Shown in pieces: positions 26,391 to 39,856 of a DNA stretch of 64,000 nucleotides. The DNA is taken from contig CDRNST010000104.1 of assembly GCA_977016875.1 (NCBI GenBank), positions 3,286,001-3,350,000 of the forward strand, written 5' to 3'. A program made the translations under genes and the position numbers. Numbering within the stretch: position 1 is the first letter of the stretch; every line of letters begins with the position of its first letter. Below the pieces are notes generated by a model, which was not told the origin of the DNA, did no database searches, and was given only the letters and a program-made list of their open reading frames with translations. The stretch comes from Pavona decussata. Taxonomy: Eukaryota.

Positions 26391-29300
26391 AAAGCAACGT
26401 TTCACAAAATTTTTAATGATTTAACTACTTTGCTCCACGAACTCCGTCGAGTGAATTTTGCATTAAGGAATTAAGACATCGCAAATAAGATATATTCTCT
26501 TTGTGTGTTCTCTCACTGAAGAAAATAACACACTTAAAGAAAAAACGAGAGAATATAAATCTGCAAACTCCGTCGACAAACTGCAATGTTTAAAATACCA
26601 TTTGAGTTTTTCAATAACTACAACAGACACTGAACTGTGTTTGCTTTTTTGAAGTAATATCCGCAAAAAGGTGTTCACCCAAGCTTCGCGTTTTGTATGA
26701 AAGAGCAAATGTACATGATTTCATGCACAAGGCTCATTCTAATAAGCTTCAAAAAGACACGTGTAAGCAAGGAAACTGACTAAAATAAATCCAAGTTAAC
26801 GTTGTTCAGCTGCTTAAGATATTGAGTTAAATAAACTTATGAACCGATTACTTTACTTAGCCGCCTCTAACAAACGACTACCCACCACCCACCTTAATTA
26901 AGTAGAGTTCCCGAGAAAATGTCAGTTCGGCATTGTAAAGAATACTCAAAGATCACCTCTATTAAGCCACCGCTCCCACCTTCGCGTCGTTCCCGGCAAT
27001 GAGTTATTTCTTGTTACGTTGTTTTGTACCCCGCGGACATACAAGCGAAGTCACATTGATGCAGTGAGGGATTTTGTAAAGGCATAACCCATAATTTCAT
27101 CTTGTGATGATGTTTGTTATAATGGCTCGTATTTGAGTGGCACTGGTGAGGGTCTGTAGCGTTATCGAATGGGAAGGGGGACATACTAGTTGGTTAACAC
27201 TTTCTACTGTAGCCAGTAACTCATGCATCCGCCCAGAAAGCGGGGTAATGCCGATAAATTATGGTAATTACGTAAAGAATACCGAAAATAGTACACATTT
27301 AGCTGAAGTATTTTTTGTTCCAACATCATCTAGACATGTCTCACATCAAAAGTAAAACGTCCGCAATGAAATAAATGCGATGGTATATTTTAAGCCTGGT
27401 GAATAGATGAGAATGATGTATTGTTAAGTGAGTGACATAGGCGGGTTTCCTTTCTCCGAGTATGCCTGTGTCACTCACTGAATAATACATAATTCTCAAA
27501 AGTAAAACACGTTGTCCCATGCCAATTATGAATCGAACCAACGTCTCCCCCGTATCTTGTCGGGTGCGATAAGCTGTACACTATCGAGGCATTACTATGC
27601 GGGCATGCGCGTAGTTATGGTTGTAAAAATGGCTTGTTTATGTATCATACCTGATACAACTGTCATCCGATTCTCGCAAAAGTTTGAGATGTGTCTCAGG
27701 GGTAAACAAATGCTAAAACCACAGATGTTGACGCCCCCTCCGCAGGGGCGACATACTAACACCTAGTGCGACCGACGTACTCTCAACGATCACCAGAAGC
27801 AATTATTGCTGGCTGTCATATTCGTGGGGAGAATACGAGTGAGTGTTTGTTTTAAAATGGCATAAATCCAAGTTTCTTTTTCCAAGCGACAATATTTCCA
27901 GTCCTCGAAGGTGGCCGTTCAACTGGTTCAATAGCACGTTAAACTGTATATAAGACGCCCTTCCCTCCCCGCCGAGCCTCCAGACTTAGTCACTAATTAG
28001 TCATTAGCGCTCGCGCAGACTTTGCAAAAAAGCCAAAAACAAAGCTGGAGAAGCATTGATTTGAAAGTTTTACGGACCCTAATATTCTTGTTGAAGCACA
28101 CAATCTTTTCTCTTCAATTTTATGATGCAATAGTTTTTGTTTTTCATCTTTCACTTAATCTCACAATTTTTAGACAATTTTAAGAGACAGTAGTAGATCT
28201 TGATAATCGTACTGTCATTATAATTTATTCGTCGAGAGACGCCAAAATTGGCAGGCGTCAGACTTTAAAAATTGTTATGAATGCTCCATGCGAAATCTTA
28301 GTTCATTTTTTAGATACTCTAGAGGCTAAAAGTATAACGTGAAGACTATTTAGTACCCGGCAGCCTATCCCTTCCCCTCATCCTGGTACCAAGAGGTCAC
28401 AAAACGCGCTCCCACAAAAAGATTTAGATGACGTCTCGTACTCCCGTAACTCCTAAAACCTTTTACGTGGGATTTCTTGTCATCGTTGTATGTATTACTA
28501 TTCCGGAATAGGGTCAATCGAGCGCATCCTTAAATGCAGTGCGTACCTGCGCGGTACGTAGTGCTGTTTTCGTAGAAATGCCATGGTATGTGAATGCAAG
28601 ATGTCACCAAGCAATTGTTCCAGAATCAGCTAAACTCCATGCAGGGAAGAAAAATAGAAGACTCGTAACCATACACATATGATCAGCGAGTAGCTTTATT
28701 GATCTAAAATGCTAAAACGAGACTAAATACAAACACTTAAGAGCGGCGGTCAGAAAATATCAAGCATTTGGTGGCAGAACTCGTGAAATCAATTTCGCTC
28801 ATTTTTCTGGCTACAAAAAGCCCTTAAGTAGAGAACAAATTAGACGCCTTTAGTTTTCTTTAGGAGCGCTTAACGTTCTAGAAAACTGAGATAAACAAAT
28901 TTAACCCGCGAGAATCCCGAAAGTACCCGCACGGCAGTGTGAAATTAATATTCTGAACTGACTCTTCCGTCTGGAAAGAAAGGAGATCCATGGTATTGTT
29001 ATACTCGGTATTGACAGAGGAAGCACCGCACGTTTATAGCAGAGTTTGAACAGGACTTAACCATTATTAATTAAAGCAAACAGAGCTTAGGAAAATGTCC
29101 CTTTTCTAAACAGGAAAAATCCCGCAAAAACGGATAAATTTTAAAGATGGTCTTCGATATGTGGTATAAGGCCGATTTTTCTTAAACTTTGCCTTTTAAG
29201 TAATGTAACGTTGTTCTTGATAATGTATTAAAATCACCCTGGGTTTTGAATTAAACACTTCACACGACCGTTTTGAAGTCACCATAATTCGTTTAGAATT

Positions 29301-30343
29301 CCGACAACGGCTAAATAAACAACCGTTGTTGCGTTACCGTGGCAATGAACAGACTAATTTTACATATATCAAAAAAGCGTAATGAAAACGCATTTCTTTT
29401 AATCTTTACATCTTTTTTAATTACAATAAGGAAAAGTCCGGTTTTGGAACCGATTTTTCTCTTTTGCGGTGTGAGATTTTTGCTTATAAAACCATATCTA
29501 GTAAGGACCAGTAAGCGTCTCGATGTCCATTTCTAGAGTTCGCTCAGGTGTCAGATTGCCAATGAAACTGCATCAAAAGGAAATCTGTGGGGTTGAAGTT
29601 CTCCCCTATGGCTATGGTAAAATGCTCGCCGAAATAAAAATTGGAGACCGGTCAAACTTTCCTATTCTGTTTTTAATTCGCTAAATAGTTAGGGTTGCGT
29701 TTTACAAATTCCGAAATCAACAATAATCAGTGAATGTTAAATATCACGCATTGGTGTTTACTAAAGTAAATTGAATTAGTAAAGTTAAAGTAAGATAAAT
29801 CCAATTACGGAAACTTGAAAATTTGTCACTTTAAATTTGGTTTGATATTCTTGTGTTGTCATGGAAGCATGGAGGTGTTCTTTTAGCTCCTTGGTCGTAG
29901 GTCCTTGCTCTTACGACCCCAAACGCTTTCCAAACTATTTTCAGTTTTTCCAAAATCTGTAATTCCGCTAGAAAATAAGATTAATAACCTTTTTTGCGTA
30001 ATCATTCCGCAAAAACTGTATATCTTGATAGAAAAATTCGTGAAGCCATTAATATGTCGCAAAAAGTAACGTTATCTGACGTTTTTGGTGAAAACTAAAC
30101 ACTAAAAGTGACTTTCAAATTTTCTTATTTCTGAGGACGGCAGTTTTTTTACAAATTTGTCTCTATTGAATTTGTTAAAACTTGCGGATAGCGAAAAAAT
30201 GTAATTTTAAGGTATGAAAAGTTCTTCTCTTTTAGCGGATGAGGAAATTCGTTCCTCAGAAACTGATATAATAGGTGATTAATCAGACGTTACCTTTCAA
30301 CCATAAAAAAGGCATTGCCACATGCATAATTTTTCATGCATCA

Positions 30344-30930
30344 AAACCAAGGGTCCGAAATTCGGACCCTTGGTTTCGACTCCGCTAAAATCATCAAAAA
30401 ACAAAATGCTGAATTTATTCAGAAACCAAGGGTCCAAAATTCGGACCCTTGGTTTCGACTCCGCTATTAAAAATCATCAAAAAACACCATGCTAAATTTA
30501 TGTAGAAACCAAGGGTCCGAAATTCGGACCCTTGGTTTCGACTCCGCTAAAATCAGCAAAAAAACACCATGCTAAATTTATGTAGAAACCAAGGGACCGA
30601 AATTCGGACCCTTGGTTTCGACTCCGCTAAAATCATCAAAAAACACCATGCTGATTTCATTCAGAAACCAAGGGTCCGAAATTCGGACCCTTGGATTTGA
30701 CTCCGCTAAAATCATCAAAAAAAAAAAAAAAAAACCATGCTGAATTCATTCAGAAACCAAGGGTCCGAAATTCGGACCCTCGGATTTGACTCCGCCGGCT
30801 AAAATCATCAAAAACACCATGCTGAATTTATTCAGAAACCAAGGGTCTGAAATTCGGACCCTTGGTTTTGACTCCGCTAAAAATCAAAAAACACCATGCT
30901 TAATTTATTTTGGAAAGCAAGGGTCCACAA
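30344..30930. repeat. Left subterminal array: 7 full + 1 degenerate units of about 80 bp, each with hairpin AAACCAAGGGTCCGAAATTCGGACCCTTGGTTT
   Basis: Units start near 30344, 30423, 30506, 30586, 30665, 30754, 30836 and 30917. Confidence 0.92.
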
Positions 30931-31152
30931 ATGTGGAAATACATTAATTTAGAAAGCCGTATTGCTAAATTTGGACCCTCGCATGTGACTTGCCTATCAA
31001 TTCACTAAATACAGGGTGCCTTTTGATTAACGTTATTTGCCATATGATGCAGAATGCCCACTGATTGTTAGATAATTTACTTTCATGAGAATACTAATTC
31101 AAATGTCATCAATAATGCAAAATGTGCTAAGTTCCAATAGAATTAGATTTAA

Positions 31153-32070
31153 TCACTGTGTCCCTGTTAGGTTCTCCTCTCTAGTCTTGTACGCTTTCCT
31201 TAAAAAGGCTTTAGTTCCTGGTAACAATTTGGAATTTTCGTCCAGTGAAAATCCAAAGCACTTGATACAGGTTTTTGGCAGTTGCTGCGTCCAGAGCTGG
31301 TTCTCATTAGACCCTCTGCGTGCAGGAAGTGTGTGTGGCCGCCATTCCTTATTATAAGAGCCCCTCCAGTAACAGATAACGAACCCATCCTCGTTAACTT
31401 CAAAAACCTTTCCAATAACTGGATGCTTGTGATAATTTTCGAGTTCCACTGCAACAAAATCTCCTTCTTGCAGTAGGTCTACATCGACGTTTTCTTGGAC
31501 ATCTTGTGCTCGCCTGGCAGGGTTCAGTTCTGTAAGGGCCTGTGTAAATCTGCCAGCGGTAAAGTAAGAGGAAGTGAAGTTTACATCTTATTTTATCATT
31601 TTTTTTAGTAATAAAAATGTACAGCAACATGATTATTAGACAAAAATCGTTACTTGCAGTCAACGCCATAAATAAATTTGTCTCAATATTTTGCCTCTAT
31701 AACATTGACACGTTATTTAAATTTACCGAGGTAGGTGGTTTTTTTTTATTCTTTTATTTTTGCTTTCTTTTCTATTGCTGTTCCCCTTTCCCATTGAGCG
31801 AGTTAGAACGTAATTCTTCTCCCTGCTTATATCGTATTCTGTGGGTTTTATAAGAGCCGCTACAGAGAGAACACACAGTACGGTTGTTTCGCTTTTCACG
31901 TCACGGAAAACGGAATTTAAGAGAAAAGTGATATCGTGCTTAGAATGTTTAGACTCAATTATTATTGATTATGAATGATATCTACCTCTTCAAGAGGTGC
32001 AGTCTCCTTCTCTCGCAGCTGGGAAATATCATGGCATAATGGGGTTGACAGGCCTACGCGACTCTCATGC
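31153..32070 (-). pseudogene. 3' remnant of a probable transposase gene (exon ending 31986; last exon 31549-31153 with a 1-nt frameshift)
   Basis: ..SQLREKETAPLEE|gtagat ... ggcag|IYTGPYR, frameshift, then DVDLLQEGDFVAVELENYHKHPVIGKVFEV..YWRGSYNKEWRP..WTQQLPKTCIKCFGFSL..TKAFLRKAY*. No catalytic domain is seen. Confidence 0.55.
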
Positions 32071-32542
32071 ATGTGCGTGTTTAGCCTAAATAAGAGTTTT
32101 TCCCTCACGGGTTATGTCTTCCAAAGAATACCCTTTTCTCTATGAAAAGAGCGGTGCTTCCGCTAAAATTTTCTTTCAGCGCTGGATTTTCTTCTTATTA
32201 AATGCCATCTATGATTTGGAGGATTTGCGCGATGAACACTGAGCAAAGCCATGTGTTTAACTGTCGCATGTGTTATAATTGATCTCAAAGGTCATTTTGA
32301 CCTCTTGTTGTTACGTTTCCGTTTAGCGACTGTCGTTCTTATGCCTTTGTGGCATTTAGTTTAGGCTTGGTATGGCTCATTTCAGTGCGTCTGGTGACAG
32401 TATAGCCTCTCTTTTTGTCGTTGTAAGGATAGGATTTGAACCGTGTAATAACTATACATTATCTTGCAGCTTTTGTCAGATTACCGGGCCCGGCTATTTG
32501 CTTTTGTTGCAAGATGCTGTGCTTCTTATCACGGTTATTTGT

Positions 32543-33037
32543 GCTTATAGAGCTGGCTATCCAACTAAACCAAGAATTTTGAAATAAAATGAATTGCCGA
32601 ATTTTTAGCGCTGTTTTCTCGAATAATTTTTTTTCACTTGGAGGAGCCACTTCAAATTTGTTCGTTTGCCTTAAAAAAAATTTGGACAGTGGCTAGTGTA
32701 AACAACAAAAACGTGTCTGCGAATTTTTTCATTCGAAATATTTTTTCTCCGAGAGAGATTTTTGTACGATTACTCCACATTTTTTTCATCCTATTTCGAA
32801 AATGCTCTATAACTTTTCACTGCGATTGAATATGGCAAAACGCAGACACGTTTTTTTTAGCGCTTTGGGTCCGGAAACTGAGGAGCAAATTTTAAAAATT
32901 AGCAAAAAACAAAATTCACTTTGACTTGTAGATTTAAAAAAGGTGATTCGGACGCTCGCAATTAGAGGTCGTGAAAAATTCGACAATTCATTTTATTTCA
33001 AAGTTCTTGGTATAGTTTGATAGCCAGGTCTATAAGC
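32543..33037. mobile_element. Foldback/MITE insertion inside the transposon (also 43267-43761)
   Basis: About 65-bp imperfect inverted repeat GCTTATAGAGCTGGCTATCCAACTAAACCAAGAATTTTGAAATAAAATGAATTGCCGAATTTTT. Confidence 0.7.
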
Positions 33038-34344
33038 TTTAATTTGATATGGGGGTTTAGGTATCTACAGTTTAAACTGGACGCGCTAGATTGCTTAAAC
33101 GCGAAACACCTCTGAAGGTACCGGGTAACCTTAGTAGTAACAATTATAGACTTATCATTCTTGCTAACACACACAGATAATGTTTTTGTTTGTTGTTTGA
33201 AATGTTGGTGGCCAAGTCATTAAATAAGGTAGGGAGGATTCCGAGCGGTAATTGTAAAAGATGTTGTTGTTTCCTGCCGCAATAAACTTTGGCGGCGCGG
33301 AAAACAACTAACGGAAAACCACCGGCGTTTGCGGCGGGCTATTTGAATAGCTGCCCTAATTAATTTTATCTGTTAGAATTCTTGCCAAATATTCTTAAGC
33401 TCTCCCTTTGTCGTCAAATCAGTTATTATCATAGACTGTTTTTTTTTTGTCATACAATCGAGTGCCTCGATTCATTTATTGATAAAAGAGGCTAATCATG
33501 AAATAAACGACATATTTTGCCAGACAGAGGCAGCAAGCGCTGACTGATCAGCAGTTATCAAATTTAAACGGTGCGAGTGTACATTATACTCAAACACGGA
33601 AAGGCCTGCAGTAAACTCAAAATGAGCACAGTTTTGCTATTCTCGTAGATGACGGCCACGCCGGCTACTCAATTTTGTTAAATTAAAGTACTGATACGCG
33701 CTTGTAACACCATCTTGAAGAAATCAGGAGCGATTTCCTACCAGAAGTTTAATTACGTTCAGGATGAGAGATAGTTAGCCAGGGCAGAGTTACTCTTGTT
33801 TCCTTTATTTGTTTTTGTTTTTGTTTTTTTGTTTGTTTTTTTTTCCCCTCTTTGCGTCTTTCACTATACTTCTAGAGCGATTCGTACATAGCTTCTGTTT
33901 ATTGTTTTCTCTTAAGCAGTTATTGTTTGCGTCAACATGAATCCTGAATCGCTATACTGAGCAAAACTAGAGAAATATGATTTTACCAACTCACACGTAC
34001 GAGAAGAACTCAGTTTTCCTTGATCCCCGCTATTACTATCATCAAACCCAATTGCGTGCTCGCTCCCTAACAAAAAAAAAATGAATAAAAAAAGGAAAAA
34101 AAAATCAAATTAATGAAATGAAACAGTTACAAGAATAAAGCTCAACGTATTTAAAATTTTCTACAGAGTGTATACAAATACTTCATCCTGGATTTGAAGC
34201 ACTCGACATGAAACATGCTAAGAGTGAACATGATTAAATAAAAGAAAGATCCTATTAATTCAATTTATTCTTTCATCTGCAGTTTAAATATATGTTTTAT
34301 ATATTCATTTTCCTTTATTCATACTTCAAGTTTTTATTAAGAAA

Positions 34345-34392
34345 TCTGCAGCTCCCAGATGGCTTGACAGCTCAGTTGGTAGAGCATTGGGA
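34345..34392 (+). repeat. tRNA-derived repeat fragment (also about 45069-45116)
   Basis: GGCTTGACAGCTCAGTTGGTAGAGCA is a D-arm/A-box only; there is no T-arm. Confidence 0.5.
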
Positions 34393-34674
34393 GGGTCTTC
34401 TATTTAATCTGTCATCCGCAGTTCAAATTTATGTTCCATATATTCATAATGAGTAAAAACGATGTACGATGGAGGTGCAGAACTGGTTTTATCTTATAAT
34501 ATATTTTTATAGGATAATTTCTTTTATTCCATACAAACTAGCGTTTTGAGGTATAAAAAGAGTACTCTATAAAGATAGCCGGGACAGAGAATAGAAAACT
34601 CACTTATTCCGTAATGTGGAAACAAATTTAATGAACTTCATGACAGACTATAGAGACAAATGCAAAACACATAC

Positions 34675-35914
34675 CGGGATATGATGATGACCTGGAGGAG
34701 TCACTGGCGTCATCAAATCCTATTGCATGCATTTCTGCTACAGAACAAATATTTCAGTAACAAATTCATTGAAAAAAACTCAAGAATTTATTTGTACTGA
34801 CGTTAGTCCTGTTTTAAATTAAAGCTTTACTATGAACACAAACCACGCGAATGCGTAATTGTATAATTTGAAATTTCAAAAATGCGGTGCCAATCTCCTG
34901 CTCCGCACGCATGTTACACTCAAAGAACTGTTTATCGTTTGTGTCAAATAGAAATAAATTTTGCGAGACAACTCAAGGCATAAATCCTAATCCAATCATG
35001 GTCTACAGTGCTTTTAACTCCCTCAAAAAATAAATAAAATAAAATAAAGTAAAAAATGGAAGGGTATATATACCGGACTGTGTATTTGGTATTGATGAGT
35101 CCCGGCTGGAGTCATCGAACCCAATGGCATACTCATTTTCTGAAATAAACAACTGCACTTTAGTTTAAGGGTAACTCAAGACGATTCAAGACTATCCTCT
35201 TTTAAAACTGAAATGAATACACTGTTTTGTTTAGTAAGTAAACAACATTTTAATTTTGACCAAATGTTTTGAAAATGAACGCATTGAATACGAATAAAAT
35301 AATATACTCGGAAAATTTTAAGGCTAACAATAAGCCAAATGAAGGTTATCGTGGTCAAGCCCGCATAGATTTATTGAAATACCGTACTATAGCAGGTAAG
35401 AGAACTTTACAGGCTCAAATTGCCCCAAAAATATTTAAATAAGAATTAGAAGCGCTCAGCCTTAGGCCCAAAATTAGGCGTTCTTACAAACAAAAAAAGA
35501 GTGTATTATAGTTACAGCATTAAATGAAAGGACAAAGATCACGATGCTACATAGTTACCAGATTTAACAGGAGAGCACGTTTTACTGGTTCCTTCTAATC
35601 CAACGGCACATATATCCTCTAAAATTGAAGTCAGTGTCAAGAACAAATTTTGATGTGAGAACATAGTTGTACGTTAATTAAGAGAATTCAAAGCGTTCTT
35701 GTCCCAATATAAGAAAACTTAAGCCAACAAGAAGTCATCAGATTAATAATGATTGAACCTTACCGTCGTCTTGAAAGAAAGTGCTACTTTCCACATTCAA
35801 GCATCTTCTGAAAGAGCAAGTAGCTGTTTCTGGAGCTTCTCTAATTCCCTTATTCACTGGCTCTTCCTTGAAAGGAGACGGGAAAGAACTTCTCGTATCC
35901 GAGTCTTCATCCAT
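34675..35914 (-). CDS. Transposon-borne micro-exon gene of unknown function; exons 35914-35764, 35618-35559, 35139-35074, 34737-34675; 3' end unresolved
   Basis: Three consecutive phase-1 exons of 60, 66 and 63 bp with canonical AG/GT. They encode related motifs EDICAVGLEGTS, ENEYAIGFDDSS and AEMHAIGFDDAS. Confidence 0.6.
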
Positions 35915-36405
35915 GATGAAAAGAAGCTGCCGCGTGGACCTCTAATAAGTCATTTTGTTGAGCAGCCGTTTTGGCAGCAAACTGTAACTGCTTTTTTGGT
36001 ATTCAACAAACGTAAATTTGGTTACTCTTTTTCCGGCCACATCCGGTAGCACTGCGCCCGCGGGCCTTACAGAAAGGCTCGGTTGTCAATAATCCTGCCG
36101 CGAATAGCGACCGCATTCGCTTCCGTTCAGTGCTCTAGAAAAAGATAAAGACTGCTGCGGTCAACTGAAACCACGACAAAAAAGAAAAAAATGTTTGTGG
36201 CAAACGTGTTATGTCAAGATATAAAAGCATGAGGTTCCTGAACTTTTGTCCATTGGCCACCGCCCAATTTAGTGTAGAGCATTTTTGATCGACGGCCAAG
36301 TTAATTTGCAGATCCTACCCCCGGTTGACGAAACTGAGATCAGTATAGCTCGACAACACTTCATTCGCGATCGGTTAGCAGAAGATCACAAAAACGAGAA
36401 TAACA

Positions 36406-39400
36406 ATGCCCGAAACTTCAGTATGGTCCGATCGAAGGAGAAGATGTTTTTATTTACCTCGGTAAAGATAGACTGAAGTTGCAACAAGTTTATGGGAAAG
36501 TCTTGAGTGTTGAGAAATCCACATATAAGGGAGCGACTACCTTACAGGTAAGGACCTACCTCTTTCAGTTATATGGCAGTAATTATTCAACTGCATGCTC
36601 CTTGTCTCATGTTTGCAATTTTTTGACAAAAGTAAGAGCCTATGTGATTTGTGTTTTGTAGTTCCGTTTTGAGCCATGCCCAAAAGGATCTCATACAAAG
36701 TGCCATTTGAAACTTAAATATTTCAACCGCCATAACAGCGATGGAAATTTCAAGAAAATAGTAAAGGAGACCAGTCATGACGAATGGGTATTGCGATTCA
36801 ATCAGGAAATCGAAAGGTTGAACTCCGTGAGCCGTACCGCTACCACTGCTGTAAATCAAGTTATCCAAAAACGAGAGAGGTCTCCATGAGCGCACGCGGC
36901 TGCGAAGATAATGAAGGTGACACTTCGTTGAACACATCTTCGGACAGAAGTTTAAGTTTACGTGAAAGCACCGATCTGGAAATCACCCACATAACAGGAG
37001 AGGCCAGCTTATCAGGTATGAAAACAAAAATATTATTAAGAACATCAAGAAGGCGAAACCCTTCCCATTTCTATCGGAATTACAAAGTGACATCATTATT
37101 TTAATCTTCGAGACAGTATAGTGCCATATAAAATAAAAATAACGGGACTTTTTGATCACATTTAAGATGCTATTAACAATTATTTAGAAAGACTTAGCAA
37201 AGGCTCTGAAAGAAGTCAAATTTCTGGATGTTTTGCGTTGCTGCCATGGAACTACACCGAGTGAAATTTTTCTGTGTTCACACGAAAGAATCGGAGGCAT
37301 CTTAAAAATGTGTTATCTGTTATAACAGATAACTCCTATCCTGTCAGATGACTGATGAACAGTCTAAACGAAATCCAGGCTGAAAATTTGAAAGTTAACG
37401 TCACGGCTATTAGGCTACTGGTTGCGAAAATGGAATGTGGGGGAAAAATGGAAAAGTTGCGAATACATCAAACAAGTCAAAGAAATTTCGCTCGATTGTA
37501 TAGTTCAGTTTGTCCTCGGCTATACAACAGGAAAAAATTGCTTTCCACGGACTTTTTTTTTATTTTGTTTAATGATTTTGGCACATGTCTGTTATGGAGT
37601 TATCCGGCAGGGAACACTAGCCAGCCAATTAACTGCTTTCTTGCTGTTAGAAAAAGAAGGGGGGCACCGCCTTTTCGATACTCGTTCTTTTTGAATGAAG
37701 ACGTAGCGCTTCCTTTTGATCGAAAAAAAAAAATGGTCGTTTTGGTAGGACAACAAATGGTGCAACAGTCCTTCCGGTTTCCTTTCCACTGGATTTTTTT
37801 GTGAAAAAAAAGGAATAATTGCAAACGGATTCCTCTTTCTCGTTCTTGCCGAAATAAACGGAATATCACCGAACCATTTGCCTCATCACACTTACGTACC
37901 ATGCTCCTTGGTGAGTTACGCGCTTTTTTCCCAAAATTTCCAGTGGAAAGAACCGTTCCATTTGATTCCCCAACGGAACTACTGTTTTTTTTCATATAAA
38001 ATGAAAAGCACTTGAGAATTGTACTGTTACATTTGGCGGAAATTAAATTTTCACCGGTTATTCCTTGCAAATAGAGAGCGCTCACGGGAAATGTACGATA
38101 AAACATAGTTGCTGTAAACCTGGTTTAAAGGGCGCAAAACATAGGGGTGAGCGGTCTCTTCTCGACTGATTTGTCACATTTGCAATCAAAATCCTTTACT
38201 TTTAGTGGAGAACAGTAATTACAGTCATTTCCTGTACTTTAATATGTGGTCAACCAAGGTTAATGAGGTAAAAAAAAAAAAAGCCGAAAAGCCAGCAGCC
38301 AGACCCGAAGAACAAATTGGATAAAAGATAATTTAGATGTTAACATGAGTTTGGTTAGTCTCCCACGCGACTGGGAATTTGTCTCGATGAACGTTGGGTG
38401 ACGAGACAAAGAACTGCAACGTGGGAGACAAGGGAATAGTTTTGCAGTAAACATAGATGTCGAATGGGTTGAACTGGCTTTGCCTTATAAGTTTGCAAAC
38501 AAAACGCATCCTGTAAATCAGACATGATCCTAGAGATGACTACTTACACAGGAAATTTCTTATCTCTTTTAGCCGATCACACCAGCTGCGGTGGAAATGA
38601 AGATCCTCTCGCCTGTTCTTCTCCAGTGGCAACTGCGCAGACAAGTCGTAAAAGAAAAACTCTCGAAATCTCGCCAATACACCGTATTCCGAGTAAACGA
38701 AGAGATAAAGCGAGCGACAGCGAAGAAGAAGCCACTAGCGATGGACAGTTCGCTGAAATGCAGAAAAGATGTGAAGAATGTCGAGTCGAGGGTAAATAAA
38801 TTTCACTGTTACTGTCAACCTTTGCGTGCCTGAAGTAAAAAAAATCAAGAAAATAAAAATGCTTATAGCCGAACACAACACAGCAAGCCTTTTAAACGGC
38901 AACGTATACTCCGGAAAAGCTAGGCTTGACTCTACATTATGCGAGCAGTTTTAGTGTCGAGGCAGAAGCATAAAGCATTTAACGAGGCATTTCTCCGACA
39001 AAAATATTTGTTAGTGACTTTTGTAATAGACCGATCTTTTTAATGAGAATGAAAAGCACAATGTGTAAAAGCCTCAGTAGAAACAGGCTTGTTTTAATAG
39101 TTCTAACAGTTTTAATATTTCATTTCAGGAATTCATTTCTTACTAATAGAAAAGCTGCAAACCCCGAGAGATGAAATCCTCATTAGGAAAATTGATTCAA
39201 TTTTCCTAGAAAAGCTCCAGAAGGACATGGAAATGGAACCTGAAGTACGAGTGGATCGTCAACCATTTTAGTCGCTCTGGTGATTATGTGGTAGATCTTT
39301 TTTCGCATAATGCGGCTGCAATAGTTGCAACTATGCAGAGTGGCAGAAATGGCTTATATTTCGGTAAAGAGGAGGTGCAGGAAAACGTAAAATTCCACCT

Positions 39401-39473
39401 GGCTTCCAAAGTCCAGCCTCGTAAAGCCCAGGAAGGAAAAAATAAACCCGGTTCCTCTACGAGAAACTCATAA
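36406..39473 (+). pseudogene. Transposon-borne spliced gene with a ParB-like segment and a beta-class N4/N6 DNA methyltransferase-like C-terminus; exons 36406-36547, 36662-37015, 38573-38791, 39129-39473
   Basis: Canonical splice sites; 1-nt frameshifts in exons 1 and 2. Exon 4 reads GIHFLLIEKLQTPRDEILIRKIDSIFLEKLQKDMEMEPE and then, in another frame, YEWIVNHFSRSGDYVVDLFSHNAAAIVATMQSGRNGLYFG. Confidence 0.6.
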
Positions 39474-39856
39474 ACAGCATTAGAATTTTTTATAGACGCC
39501 GGTGGTACAAAGGGTGAATATATAAGGGTGGTCTGTTTGATAAATTATTATCGATTGAAGTACGCAAATCATTTTGATAGAAATTTTTTTGTAATTAAAT
39601 GACTTATCCTTATTCATCCTTTGAACAACTGGAAACAGTTTTTTTCCCTTAAAGAGTAGAGTTATTAAATGTTGCAGAATCACCTCTTATAAATAGTGTG
39701 TCAAGTAACCCTGCAATTTTGTTGACGGATAGCACTGAACTCACTTTTCATCGTAAGCACAAGTCATTTAAAAGAGATTTGAGGTTTGGCTTAAGGCAAT
39801 TGTTCTATCTTCGGAGTTGAAGCGTTTTGTTTTTACAATAGATTTTTTAATCGAAG

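Noticed and set aside
7429-26424. Ala/Val/Thr-rich and Ser/Asn/Arg-rich overlapping ORFs (7429-7938, 14991-15215, 15016-15237, 25755-26225, 26029-26325, 26077-26424)
   Set aside because: These are shadow frames of TGY-rich Cys repeats. The signal peptides and splice phases select the Cys frame.
28540-28575. GC-rich hairpin CGTACC-TGCGC-GGTACG as a Helitron 3' end
   Set aside because: No proper CTRR terminus or matching 5' end was found.
34345-34392. tRNA gene
   Set aside because: Only a D-arm-like piece is present, with no anticodon or T arm.
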